Assembly (NCBI GenBank): GCA_035546775.1
Contig: DASZWD010000040.1
Span: 291-64,290 of the forward strand
DNA: 64,000 bases
Direction: 5' to 3'
Source of the DNA: Acidimicrobiales bacterium
GTDB taxonomy: Bacteria > Actinomycetota > Acidimicrobiia > Acidimicrobiales > JACCXE01
Shown here one piece after another: positions 35,920 through 45,200 of this stretch. Numbering within the stretch: position 1 is the stretch's first letter; each line of letters opens with the position of its first letter. The translations under genes were made by a program, and so were the position numbers. The notes under the pieces are model-generated. The model did not search any database and was not told where the DNA came from. It saw only the letters and a program-made list of their open reading frames with translations.

Positions 35920-38112
35920 GTGCGGGGTTACGAACGATCTGAGCAGCCGGTTTTGCTGTCGGACGCGCGCGTCCAGCGCTCCGAGCGCGCGCCGCTGCGC
36001 GCTGACGTGCAAGGCCTGCGGGCCGTGGCGGTGCTGCTCGTGCTTGGTGCCCACGTGTTCGGCTTTCCGCGCGGCGGCTTCATCGGCGTCGACGTTTTCT
36101 TCGTCATTTCCGGTTATCTGATCACCGGGCTGCTGAGTCGAGAACTCGACCGTTCTGGCCGCGTCTCCATCCGGGACTTCTACGCCCGCCGCGCCCGGCG
36201 CATCCTGCCGATGGCGGTCTTGGTGCTGGTCGCCACCGTCGTCGGTGCCCACGTCATCTTCACGTCGCTGCGGGCGCACCAGACCACTGTCGACGCTTGG
36301 TGGGCATTCGGCTTTCTCGCCAACGTGCACTTCGCGTCGATCGGTACGAACTACTTCGCGGCGCACCGCGCCCAGTCGGCCGTACAGCAGTACTGGTCGC
36401 TGGCGGTCGAGGAGCAGTTCTATCTCGTGTGGCCGTGGGTGCTCTTCGTCACCTTCGCCGTCGCCCGACGCGCACGTCTTCGACGTTCGACCGCTGTCAT
36501 CGCCGGCGTCAGCTTCGTACTCGTCGCGCTGTCGTTCGCCGCCAGCGTGCACCTGACCAAGCTCGACCCCGCCGGCAGCTACTTCTCTGCGTTCACCCGC
36601 GCGTGGGAGTTGGGCATCGGTGCGCTTGCGTCGATCATCCAGCCCGCCGCGCTGCGCATTACGCCGCGCGTGCGCGCCGCGGGCGCATGGGTCGGACTCG
36701 CCGGCATCGCGATCGCGGCGCTGGCCATCAGCGATGCGACGCCGTTCCCCGGATGGGCCGCCGCCGCGCCGGTCGTCGCCACGGCCGTTGTGCTGCTCGC
36801 CGCCGATCCGCGCGGCGGAGTGGGTGAGCGCTTCGCGTTGGGCAGCGCGCCGTCGCTTTACCTCGGCAAGATTTCGTACTCGCTATATCTGTGGCACTGG
36901 CCGGCGATCATCTTCGCGACGGCGTACTACCCGCACTCCACGCACAAAGCCGAGTTGATCGCGCTCGTGGGCGCGTTGGCGTTGTCGGCCGCGAGCAACA
37001 CGCTGCTCGAAGAGCCGATCCGCCACTCGCTGTGGCTGTCGAAGAAGCCGCAGGGATGGGTCCGGCCCCGCCGGCGGGGACTCGGCGAACTCATCGCAGA
37101 CAACGAGCGGGTCGCGTTGCGCTTCGCCGCAGCTGCCGTCGCGCTCGCAATCTGGTTCGCCTGGGCGCTCGTGAACACCGGTGGGTCCACGAACGTTGCG
37201 GCGACGACTCCGGCCGCCGCCGTCGATCCCGCGCTCGACGCGGCCGCGCCGTCGACCACGCTTGCGACCGAGGCCGATCCGTTGCAGGCGTTGATCAAGT
37301 CGTCGCTGCTGGCGACGTCGTGGGGGCCGCTGACGCCGTCGCTCGACGCGTTGCCGAAGGCGGGCGCGCCCGAGATGATCCACGACAACTGCCTCAGTAC
37401 CAACGCGGCGAACGAGGCGCGGTGCTCGTACGGCAGCCCGGCGGCGCCGCACGTCGCAGTGTTGCTCGGCGACAGCATCGCCGCCAGTTACATGCCGGGC
37501 ATTCGCGGCGCGCTCAAGGAGACCGACTGGCGCATTCAGATGCTGACGTTGAAGTCGTGCGCCATGGTCGACACGCCGATGCAGGTCTCCGACACCCATA
37601 AGTGGGAGAACAAGGACTGCACTGCGCACCACGCCTGGGCCCTGCACGAGGTGCAGCGCATCAACCCTGAACTCGTGATCATGGCAAGCAACCACGAAGA
37701 GGCGAACCAGATCCTCGGCGCGGGCCCGCAGGGCAGCGCACAGAACTTCAGCCGGTGGCACGACGCGCTGGTGCACACGCTCCAGGAAGTGACCGCTCCC
37801 GGTCGTCGCGTCGTGGTGATCGGTGCGCCGCCCCGCTCCGGAAACCTCCAGGAGTGCGTCACGCGGGTGAGCAAACCGCAGGACTGCAACGGTGTGCTGT
37901 CCGACGACTGGCTGGCCGTACGGCGCGCCGAGCAAACCGCTGCCGTCGGACCCGGTGTCACATACGTCGACCCTGAGGACTGGTTCTGCTACCACGCGAC
38001 GTGCCCGGCGGTCATCGGAAGCACACCCGTCTACTGGGACGGCATCCACATCACGGCGGCGTATTCGCGCACGCTTGCCCCCGAACTGGCGAAACCGCTC
38101 TTGGGGACGTAG
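35920..38112 (+). CDS. acyltransferase-3 (OafA-like) membrane protein with C-terminal SGNH domain
   Basis: N-terminal LRAVAVLLVLGAHVF..GVDVFFVISGYLITG, about ten TM helices, and a C-terminal GDSIAASY (GDS motif) hydrolase-like domain. Confidence 0.85.
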   Translation: MRGYERSEQPVLLSDARVQRSERAPLRADVQGLRAVAVLLVLGAHVFGFPRGGFIGVDVFFVISGYLITGLLSRELDRSGRVSIRDFYARRARRILPMAVLVLVATVVGAHVIFTSLRAHQTTVDAWWAFGFLANVHFASIGTNYFAAHRAQSAVQQYWSLAVEEQFYLVWPWVLFVTFAVARRARLRRSTAVIAGVSFVLVALSFAASVHLTKLDPAGSYFSAFTRAWELGIGALASIIQPAALRITPRVRAAGAWVGLAGIAIAALAISDATPFPGWAAAAPVVATAVVLLAADPRGGVGERFALGSAPSLYLGKISYSLYLWHWPAIIFATAYYPHSTHKAELIALVGALALSAASNTLLEEPIRHSLWLSKKPQGWVRPRRRGLGELIADNERVALRFAAAAVALAIWFAWALVNTGGSTNVAATTPAAAVDPALDAAAPSTTLATEADPLQALIKSSLLATSWGPLTPSLDALPKAGAPEMIHDNCLSTNAANEARCSYGSPAAPHVAVLLGDSIAASYMPGIRGALKETDWRIQMLTLKSCAMVDTPMQVSDTHKWENKDCTAHHAWALHEVQRINPELVIMASNHEEANQILGAGPQGSAQNFSRWHDALVHTLQEVTAPGRRVVVIGAPPRSGNLQECVTRVSKPQDCNGVLSDDWLAVRRAEQTAAVGPGVTYVDPEDWFCYHATCPAVIGSTPVYWDGIHITAAYSRTLAPELAKPLLGT

Positions 38113-38194
38113 GCGGCCCCGGGGAATAGGACGGCGGGCCGAGTCTGTTATTCTCCGCCGCCCCCTAGGGCAGGGGTTGGGAAGGATTCAGGCA

Positions 38195-38836
38195 ATGGCT
38201 GTAGCAAAGAAGGCGGCGGCGAAGGCGCCGGCGAAGTCGGCGGCGGCCAAGAGCACCACCGCCACCAAAAAGGCGCCGGCCAAGGCCACCGCAACCAAGG
38301 CGCCGGCGAAGGCGCCGGCCAAGAAGGCCCCGGCGCCCGTCGCCAAGAAGGCTGCGCCCGCGAAGAAGGCCGCGCCGGCAAAGGCGCCCTCTCCGGCGAA
38401 AGCGGCCGCTCCGGCGCCGGCCAAGGCGGCCGCTCCGGCGCCCGCCAAGCGGCCCAAGAAGGTCGTGCTCGACAAGTGGCAGGAAAAGCAGAAGGAACTG
38501 CTGCTCGCCGAAAAGGCCGAATACCTCGAGCAGGCGCGCCTGCTGCGTGACGAGGCCGACGAGCTGATGCGCGAGGCCGAGCCGGGCGACGTGCAGTTCG
38601 ACGACGAGTCGGGCGAAGGCGGCACGCTCGCCATCGACCGTGAGCGTGACTTGGCGCTGGCGTCGCAGGCGATCAGCATCACCGAGGAAATCGACGACGC
38701 GCTGCGCAAGCTCGAACGGGGCACGTACGGCACGTGCGAGTCGTGCGGCCAGAACATCGTGAAGGCCCGCCTCGAAGCGTTGCCGTACGCGCGCCAGTGC
38801 GTTGCGTGCAAGACCGGCGGACTGTCACGTCGCTGA
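38195..38836 (+). CDS. DdbA-like protein: N-terminal Lys/Ala histone-like tail fused to a TraR/DksA C4 zinc finger
   Basis: aa 1-89 are AKKA/PAKA repeats. Coiled coil, then CESC-x17-CVAC (C181/C184/C202/C205). Conserved position before lspA. Confidence 0.85.
   Translation: MAVAKKAAAKAPAKSAAAKSTTATKKAPAKATATKAPAKAPAKKAPAPVAKKAAPAKKAAPAKAPSPAKAAAPAPAKAAAPAPAKRPKKVVLDKWQEKQKELLLAEKAEYLEQARLLRDEADELMREAEPGDVQFDDESGEGGTLAIDRERDLALASQAISITEEIDDALRKLERGTYGTCESCGQNIVKARLEALPYARQCVACKTGGLSRR
38198..38461 (+). repeat. coding low-complexity Lys/Ala/Pro repeats (N-terminal tail of the DdbA-like gene)
   Basis: Read directly. Same strand and same repeat flavour as 32186-32443. Confidence 0.8.
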
Positions 38837-38859
38837 CGCCGCCGGCGGATACGTCGTCG

Positions 38860-39357
38860 GTGCCGCGGGCTGGCGTGCCGCTGCGGCGGCGTGTCTCGGC
38901 GGCGATTGTTCTCGGGGTGGCCGTCGGCTCGGTGGTCGTCGATCAGATCACCAAGTCGATCGCCGAGCATTCGCTGGCCGACGGGCCGGTGCGCCTGGTG
39001 CTCGGTGCGCGGCTCGTGCTGACGTACAACTCGGGCGCGGCGTTCAGCGTCGGTGCGGGGCGCAGCGTGGTGTTCACCGTGCTGGCGTCGCTCACCATTT
39101 CGGTACTGACCGCGTATGCGATCTGGACGCGCCATCGGGTGGCGCAGGCGATCGCGTTCGGGCTCGTTATCGGCGGTGCCGCCGGGAACCTCGTCGACCG
39201 GTTGTTCCGCGCCAACGGCGGTCGGGTGATCGACTTCGTCGAGATCGCTCGGTGGTGGCCCGTGTTCAACTGGGCTGACGCGTCGCTGTTCTGCGGCGTG
39301 GCGTTGCTGTTGCTGTTGAGCTTCTTCGAGGGCGGCAATGAACGTCACCGTTCCTGA
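38860..39357 (+). CDS. lspA: signal peptidase II (lipoprotein signal peptidase)
   Basis: NSGAAFS and FNWADASL motifs with four TM helices. The start is uncertain (GTG 38860 or 38875). Confidence 0.8.
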   Translation: MPRAGVPLRRRVSAAIVLGVAVGSVVVDQITKSIAEHSLADGPVRLVLGARLVLTYNSGAAFSVGAGRSVVFTVLASLTISVLTAYAIWTRHRVAQAIAFGLVIGGAAGNLVDRLFRANGGRVIDFVEIARWWPVFNWADASLFCGVALLLLLSFFEGGNERHRS

Positions 39358-40246
39358 CGCCCTCGCCGGCGAGCGCCTCGACCGCATCGTCGCCCTCGAA
39401 GCCGACGTCACCCGCACCGTCGCCACCGACATGGTCACGTCGGGCGCTGTGACCCTCAACGGGCGCGTCGTCACCAAAGGCAGCACGCGTGTGGCCGGGG
39501 GTGATGTGATCACCGCGGAGGTGGCGGCGCTGGCCGACGTCGGCATCGTTCCCGAACCTGACGTCGCGTTCAGCGTCGTCTACGAAGACGACGACATCGT
39601 CGTCATCGACAAGCCGGCGGGCCTCGTCGTGCACCCCGGCGCCGGTCGCGACCGCGGCACGCTGGTGCACGGCCTCGTGGCCCGCTACCCGGAAATCGCG
39701 TTGGTGGGCGAGCCTGAGCGGCCCGGCATCGTGCACCGCCTCGACGCCGGCACGTCGGGACTCATGGTCGTGGCCCGCACCGAGCGGGCGCGCCAGGAAC
39801 TCGTCGAGATGCTCGGGGCGCGCGAGGTGGCGCGGCAGTACTGCGCGTTGGCGTGGGGTGTGATCGAGGGCGACGAGGGCCTGATCGACGCGCCGATCGG
39901 CCGCTCCGAACGTGAGCGCACGAAGATGGCGATCGTGGCCGACGGCCGTGAGGCACGCACCCGTTTCTACGTTCGGGCCCGATTCACGTCGCCAGCGCCG
40001 GTGACGCTGCTCGAGTGTCATCTCGAGACGGGACGCACGCACCAGATTCGGGTGCACCTCGCCTCGATCAAGCATCCGGTGGTCGGTGACACCCGCTACG
40101 GCCGGGCGCGTCCGGCGATCCCGTGTGCGCGACCGTTCCTCCACGCCGAGCGGTTGGCGTTCGCCCATCCGATCACGGGCGAGGAACTCGCCTTCGACTC
40201 CGCGCTGCCGGCGGATCTCGCCGCCGTGCTGGCACGGCTCAGCTAG
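39338..40246 (+). CDS. RluA-family 23S rRNA pseudouridine synthase
   Basis: S4-like N-terminus and catalytic HRLDAGTSGLMVVART. Confidence 0.85.
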   Translation: MNVTVPDALAGERLDRIVALEADVTRTVATDMVTSGAVTLNGRVVTKGSTRVAGGDVITAEVAALADVGIVPEPDVAFSVVYEDDDIVVIDKPAGLVVHPGAGRDRGTLVHGLVARYPEIALVGEPERPGIVHRLDAGTSGLMVVARTERARQELVEMLGAREVARQYCALAWGVIEGDEGLIDAPIGRSERERTKMAIVADGREARTRFYVRARFTSPAPVTLLECHLETGRTHQIRVHLASIKHPVVGDTRYGRARPAIPCARPFLHAERLAFAHPITGEELAFDSALPADLAAVLARLS

Positions 40247-40679
40247 GAGCGGGCGCGACGGCTTTGCCGCGGGCGGCGTCGACCATTTGCTCGAGGGTGT
40301 AGCTGTCGAGGTAGGTGCGCATCGTGCGGCCGACGTCGGCCCACACCCCGAGCAGCACGCACTGGCCCTCGTGATCGCAGGCGCCGTTCTGGTGCGGCTC
40401 GCCGAAGTCGCCGGCGGTGATCGGCCCGTCGACCGCCGACACGATCTGGCCGAGCGTGATCTCCGCCGCCGGCCGGGCCAACACGTAGCCCCCGCCGACC
40501 CCCCGCTTCGAGCGCACGAGTCCGGCGCCCTTGAGCGCGAGGAGGATTTGCTCGAGATAGGGCTGGGGCAAGCCGGTGCGCTCCGCGATGTCGCGCACCG
40601 AGGTAGGGCCGGCGTCGTCGTGCAACGCGAGGCTCAACAAAGCTCGGCTGGCGTAGTCGCCCCGCGTCGAAACCTTCAC
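40239..40679 (-). CDS. Rrf2-family transcriptional regulator
   Basis: VKVSTRGDYASRALLSLA..SVRDIAERTGLPQPYLEQILLALKGAGLVRSKRGVGGGY winged helix. GTG 40679, with TACGAT 6 nt upstream. Confidence 0.85.
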   Translation of the reverse strand: MKVSTRGDYASRALLSLALHDDAGPTSVRDIAERTGLPQPYLEQILLALKGAGLVRSKRGVGGGYVLARPAAEITLGQIVSAVDGPITAGDFGEPHQNGACDHEGQCVLLGVWADVGRTMRTYLDSYTLEQMVDAARGKAVAPAPS

Positions 40680-40724
40680 GCACTCATCGTACGGCCCCGG
40701 CCCGGGTACTACGTTGGCTTGCCC

Positions 40725-41201
40725 ATGTCGAACCCCGAAGACCCCACTGCGGGCCCACCCCGCCTCGAGGTCGTCGAGCCGCCTTCGGAGGAGGTGGCCG
40801 AGACCGAAACGGTCAGCCAACCCGCCAAGCTCATGCGCATCGGCTCGATGCTCAAGCAGCTGCTCGACGAAGCGCGCGCCGCGCCGCTCGACGAGAAGGC
40901 GCGCGTCCGGTTGCGCGAGATCTACGAGACCTCCGTACACGAACTGGCTCAGGGCATGTCGTCGGACCTCCAAGGCGAACTGGCCAGCCTGGCGCTGCCC
41001 TTCGACAGCGAAGCGCCGTCCGACGCCGAGTTGCGCGTCGCCCAGGCACAGCTCGTCGGCTGGCTCGAGGGCTTGTTCCACGGCATCCAGGCGACGCTGT
41101 TCGCCCAGCAGATGGCGGCGCGCAACGAGCTCGAGAACATGCGCCGGCCGCAGCTGGCACGCGGCCCCGACGGCGCCGAGCGCCCCGGCACGTACCTGTA
41201 G
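40725..41201 (+). CDS. bpa: bacterial proteasome activator Bpa (PafE)-like
   Basis: About 158 aa and helical, ending in GTYL (compare the GQYL proteasome-docking motif of mycobacterial Bpa). LMRIGSMLKQLLDE block. Confidence 0.7.
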   Translation: MSNPEDPTAGPPRLEVVEPPSEEVAETETVSQPAKLMRIGSMLKQLLDEARAAPLDEKARVRLREIYETSVHELAQGMSSDLQGELASLALPFDSEAPSDAELRVAQAQLVGWLEGLFHGIQATLFAQQMAARNELENMRRPQLARGPDGAERPGTYL

Positions 41202-41208
41202 CCGTCGC

Positions 41209-41634
41209 ATGATCGACGAGCGGGGGCGCCGCCGGGTGATCGCCACCATGACCGCCGCGGTCGTCATCATGGTCGCGTACTGGGCGCTGTGGTTTGGCGC
41301 GCGCTCGGTTGTGGCCAGCGACACCACCAAGGCGTACAACGCGTTCGAGAACGCGTTCCCGCTCGCCGACGCGTGGCTCACGGTGGCGTTGCTCGGCGCC
41401 ATCCGGTCGCTGCAGCGGCGGTCGTCGCGCAGCTTGTTCTGGCTGCTGACCGGTGGCGGCGCCGGCGTGTACTTGTTCTGCATGGACGTGCTCTACGACG
41501 TCGAGCACGGCATCTGGTGGAAGAACGGGGGTGGCGCAATCGAGTTCGGCATCAACGTGATCACCCTCGTGTTCTCCGTCGGTTTGTTGCGCTGGGCCTG
41601 GTCGAACCGCCGAAGCCTGCTCACCGACGGCTGA
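41209..41634 (+). CDS. hypothetical four-TM membrane protein
   Basis: 141-aa ORF with four hydrophobic segments. ATG lies 7 nt after the bpa stop. Confidence 0.55.
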   Translation: MIDERGRRRVIATMTAAVVIMVAYWALWFGARSVVASDTTKAYNAFENAFPLADAWLTVALLGAIRSLQRRSSRSLFWLLTGGGAGVYLFCMDVLYDVEHGIWWKNGGGAIEFGINVITLVFSVGLLRWAWSNRRSLLTDG

Positions 41635-41751
41635 CTACTTGTAGGCCCACACTTGGGCGCCGCGCTTGGTGATCGTCATCGGCGCCTCGATGCCTTCGGC
41701 CGTTGCCGCCCAGTCCGCAACGTTGAACGCGTGCAGGTAGTCGGCGTGCCC
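41635..41751 (-). other. out-of-frame 3' continuation of the methyltransferase gene (GHADYLHAFNVADWAATAEGIEAPMTITKRGAQVWAYK*)
   Basis: Hand translation of the -1 shifted frame. 33 of 37 counted third positions are G/C, against 16 of 23 in the annotated tail. Stop TAG at 41637-41635. Confidence 0.55.
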
Positions 41752-42218
41752 CAGTTCGGGTCGATGCCTGCGAGTTCGGCGTCGTTCCAGCGGCTCGGTG
41801 ACGACGCCACGAACAGCCCGCCGGGCTCGAGGATCCGGTGCGCCTCCTGGATGCCGGCGCCCGGGTCGTCGAGGAAGTAGAAGCAGTTGACCGCGGCGAC
41901 GCCGTCGACCGAGGTGTCGGCGAGCGGCCGCGCCCGGAGGTCACCGCGGACCGCTGGGGTCGTGCACTCCGTCGTCATCGTCTCGTCCGCGTCCACCACG
42001 ACGGTGGAGGCGCCGGCCAGCAGCGCCGCGATCGGCCCCCGACCGCCGCCGATCTCCGCGAAGCGTGTCACCCCGTGGGCGGCAAACCGGCGGGCGAGCG
42101 AGGGGTAGATGTCCTCCACGACGAGGTAGTGGTCGAAGATCCGCTGCACCGCGGCCATCCGCGCCGCGTCGGGGTGGATGTACTGCTCCGTCGACAGGGA
42201 CGGCGCGACCGGTCTCAT
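41676..42218 (-). CDS. class I SAM-dependent methyltransferase with apparent 3' frameshift
   Basis: FAEIGGGRGPIAALLA (motif I) and AHRILEPGGLFV. The reading frame changes at the GGGG run 41749-41752 (see finding). Confidence 0.65.
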   Translation of the reverse strand: MRPVAPSLSTEQYIHPDAARMAAVQRIFDHYLVVEDIYPSLARRFAAHGVTRFAEIGGGRGPIAALLAGASTVVVDADETMTTECTTPAVRGDLRARPLADTSVDGVAAVNCFYFLDDPGAGIQEAHRILEPGGLFVASSPSRWNDAELAGIDPNWGTPTTCTRSTLRTGRQRPKASRRR

Positions 42219-42266
42219 CGGGTCGGGCACGTGCGATACGGTCGCGTAACTACAAGCGCGTAATTT

Positions 42267-42286
42267 GTCCACAGGCCCCTGTGGAC
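42267..42286. promoter_or_regulatory. 20-bp palindrome GTCCACAGG-CC-CCTGTGGAC abutting the dnaE SD
   Basis: 9-bp perfect arms. TAATTT (-10-like) at 42261-42266 immediately upstream and GAGGAG at 42287-42292 immediately downstream. Confidence 0.45.
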
Positions 42287-42299
42287 GAGGAGTTGGTTC

Positions 42300-45200
42300 G
42301 TGGGTTCTTCGTTCACCCACCTGCATCTGCACACCGAGTACTCGATGCTCGACGGCGCGGCGCGGGTGGCCGACGTCGTGCGCGCCGCGGTCGCTGACGG
42401 CATGCCGGCGATCGGGATGACCGACCACGGCAACATGTACGGCACCATCGACTTCTACGAGACGTGCCGGAAGCACGGCGTCAACCCGATCATCGGGTTC
42501 GAGGCGTACATGGCGGGCGAGAGCCGGTTCGAGCGCCCGCCGCGGCGTGGTCGCGTGGACGACACCGGCGGCGACGCCGAGGGCGGCCAGAAGCTCTACT
42601 ACCACCTGACCCTGCTGGCCGAGAACAACGCGGGCTACGCCAACCTGCTCAAACTCAGCTCCCTCGCGTTCCTCGAGGGCTACTACTACCAACCCCGCCT
42701 CGACTGGGAACTGCTCGAGAAGCACCACGACGGCGTGATCGCGACCAGCGGCTGCCTCGGCGGCGTCGTCCTCCAGGCGTTGTTGCAAGGCGACCAGCGC
42801 AAGGCCACGAAGCTCGCCGGGCGCCTCCAGGACATCTTCGGCCGCGACAACTTCTTCATCGAGTTGCAGGACCACGGCATGGAGGAGCAGCGCCGTACCA
42901 ACCCGCTGCTGCTCGAGATCGCCAAGGAGATCCAGGCGCCGCTGCTGGCGACCAACGACAGCCACTACACCGACCACAGCGACGCGGCGGCGCACGACGC
43001 CCTGCTGTGCGTGCAGACCAACTCGACCGTCGACGATCCAAGCCGGTTCCGCTTCGGCTCCGACCAGCATTACTTCAAGACGGCGGCCGAGATGCGCTAC
43101 CTGTTCCGCGAGCTACCCGAGGCGTGCGACAACTCGCTGTGGATCGCCGAGCGCGCCAACGTCACCATCGACTTCGACCGCGCCGAGCTGCCCAAGTTCC
43201 CGCTGCCCGATGGCTTCGCCGACGACGCCGAGTACCTGCGCCACGTCGCCTACGAGGGGGCGCGTCAGCGCTACGGCGAGGTGCTGTCGCAAGAAGTGAC
43301 CGAGCGGCTCGACTACGAGCTGCAGGTCATCGGCAACATGGGGTTCTCGACGTACTTCCTCATCGTCGGCGACCTCATCCGCCACGCCAAGGAACGCCGC
43401 ATCCGCGTCGGTCCCGGCCGCGGCAGCGCCGCCGGTTGCTGCGTCGCCTACTGCCTCGGGATCACCAACCTCGACCCGATCCGCTTCGACCTGCTGTTCG
43501 AGCGCTTCTTGAACCCCGGCCGCAAGCAGATGCCGGACATCGACATGGACTTCGACGAACGGTATCGAGGCGAGATGATCCGCTACGTCGCCGACAAGTA
43601 CGGCCGTGATCACCTGGCGCAGATCGTGACGTTCTCGACGATCAAAGCGCGCGCCGCGGTGCGCGACGCGGCGCGCGTGCTCGGCTATCCCTACGTGGTC
43701 GGCGACAAGATCGCCAAGGCGATGCCGCCGCTCATCATGGGGCGCGACACGCCCCTCGGCGCCTGCCTCGAACTCACCGAAGGCCACGAGGGCGGCTTCC
43801 AGATGGCGGGCGACCTGCGCGTCATGTACGAGACCGACCCCGACGCCCGCAAGGTGATCGACGTCGCCAAGGGGCTCGAAGGCCTCCGTCGCCAGTCGGG
43901 CATCCACGCGTCGGCGGTCGTGATCTCACGCGAGCCGCTGATGGAGTACTGCCCGGTGCAGCGCAAGCCGGAAGCGGGCGTCGAGCTCGAGGACGCACCC
44001 ATCGTCACCCAGTTCGAAGGTCCCGCGATCGAGAAGCTCGGTCTGCTGAAGATGGACTTTCTCGGCCTGCGCAACCTCACGGTGATCGAGCAGGCGCTCG
44101 ACCTCATCGAGGCCAACACCGGAGACCGCCCGGACGTCGACGCCATCCCCCTCGACGATCCCGACACGCTCGCACTCCTGCGCACCGGAGAGACGATCGG
44201 CGTGTTCCAGTTGGAAGGCGGGCCGATGCGCTCGCTCGTGCGAGCCTTGGCGCCGACGAGCTTCGACGACGTCTCCGCGTTGCTGGCGTTGTACCGGCCC
44301 GGGCCGATGGCGGCCAACATGCACTACGACTACGCCGACCGCAAGAACGGTCGCAAGCCGATCGAACACATCCATCCTGAACTCGAAGAAGTGCTCGGCG
44401 ACACCTACGGGCTCATGATCTACCAAGAGTCGATGATGCGCGTGGCGCAGCGCTTCGCCGGCTATTCGCTCGCCGAAGCGGACAACCTGCGCAAGGCCGC
44501 GGGCAAGAAGGTGCGCTCGATCATGGCGGCCGAGCGCGAGAAGTTCGTCGAAGGGTGCGAGAAGACGGGCTACGGCGCGGCGCTCGGCACGCAGTTGTTC
44601 GACATCATCGAGCCCTTCGCCGACTACGCGTTCAACAAGTCGCACACGTACGCGTATGGACTCGTGTCGTGGCAGACGGCGTGGCTCAAGGCGCACCATC
44701 CCGTCGAGTACTTCGCCGCGTTGCTGACCAGCGTGCGCGACGACAAGGACGCCACCGCCAAGTACCTCTCGGAGTGCCGCAACCTCGGCATCGAAGTGCT
44801 GGTGCCCGACGTCAACCAGTCGGTCGCCGGCTTCGGGGCCAAAGGTCGCACGATCCCGTTCGGTCTCGCGGCGATCCGCAACGTCGGTACCAACCTGGTG
44901 TCGATGATCGTGGCCGAGCGCGAGGCCAACGGACCGTTCCTCGACTTTTACGACTTCTGCCAGCGCGTCGACCCGATCGTGTTGAACAAGCGGTCGGTCG
45001 ACTCGCTCATCAAGGCCGGGGCGTTCGACTCGCTGGGCTACCCGCGCCAGGGGCTGTGCCTGGCGGCAGAGTCGATCGTCGACCTCGTGCTGTCACGCCG
45101 ACGCGAGCGCGACGTGGGCGTGATGAGCCTGTTCGATCAGCTCGACGACACCGGCGAGCCGTCGTGGGACGACACGCGCGTGCCGATCCCCGAGGTCGAG

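Noticed and set aside
38113-38194. Imperfect inverted repeat GGGGAATAGGAC...CTGTTATTCTCC after the acyltransferase gene, considered as a terminator.
   Set aside because: The stem has several mismatches and no U-tract. I cannot support it without a folding calculation.
40680-40724. Looked for an Rrf2-type palindromic operator in the rrf2-bpa spacer (GTACGG...GGGTAC).
   Set aside because: Only the terminal GTAC tetramers are symmetric and the interior does not pair. There is no convincing operator.
42265-42275. TTGTCCACAGG compared with the mycobacterial RecA-independent DNA-damage promoter motif (tTGTCRgtg-N8-TAnnnT).
   Set aside because: Only the TTGTC prefix matches. The following bases are CACAG rather than RGTG, and no TANNNT sits 8 nt downstream. 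The element is better described as its own palindrome.
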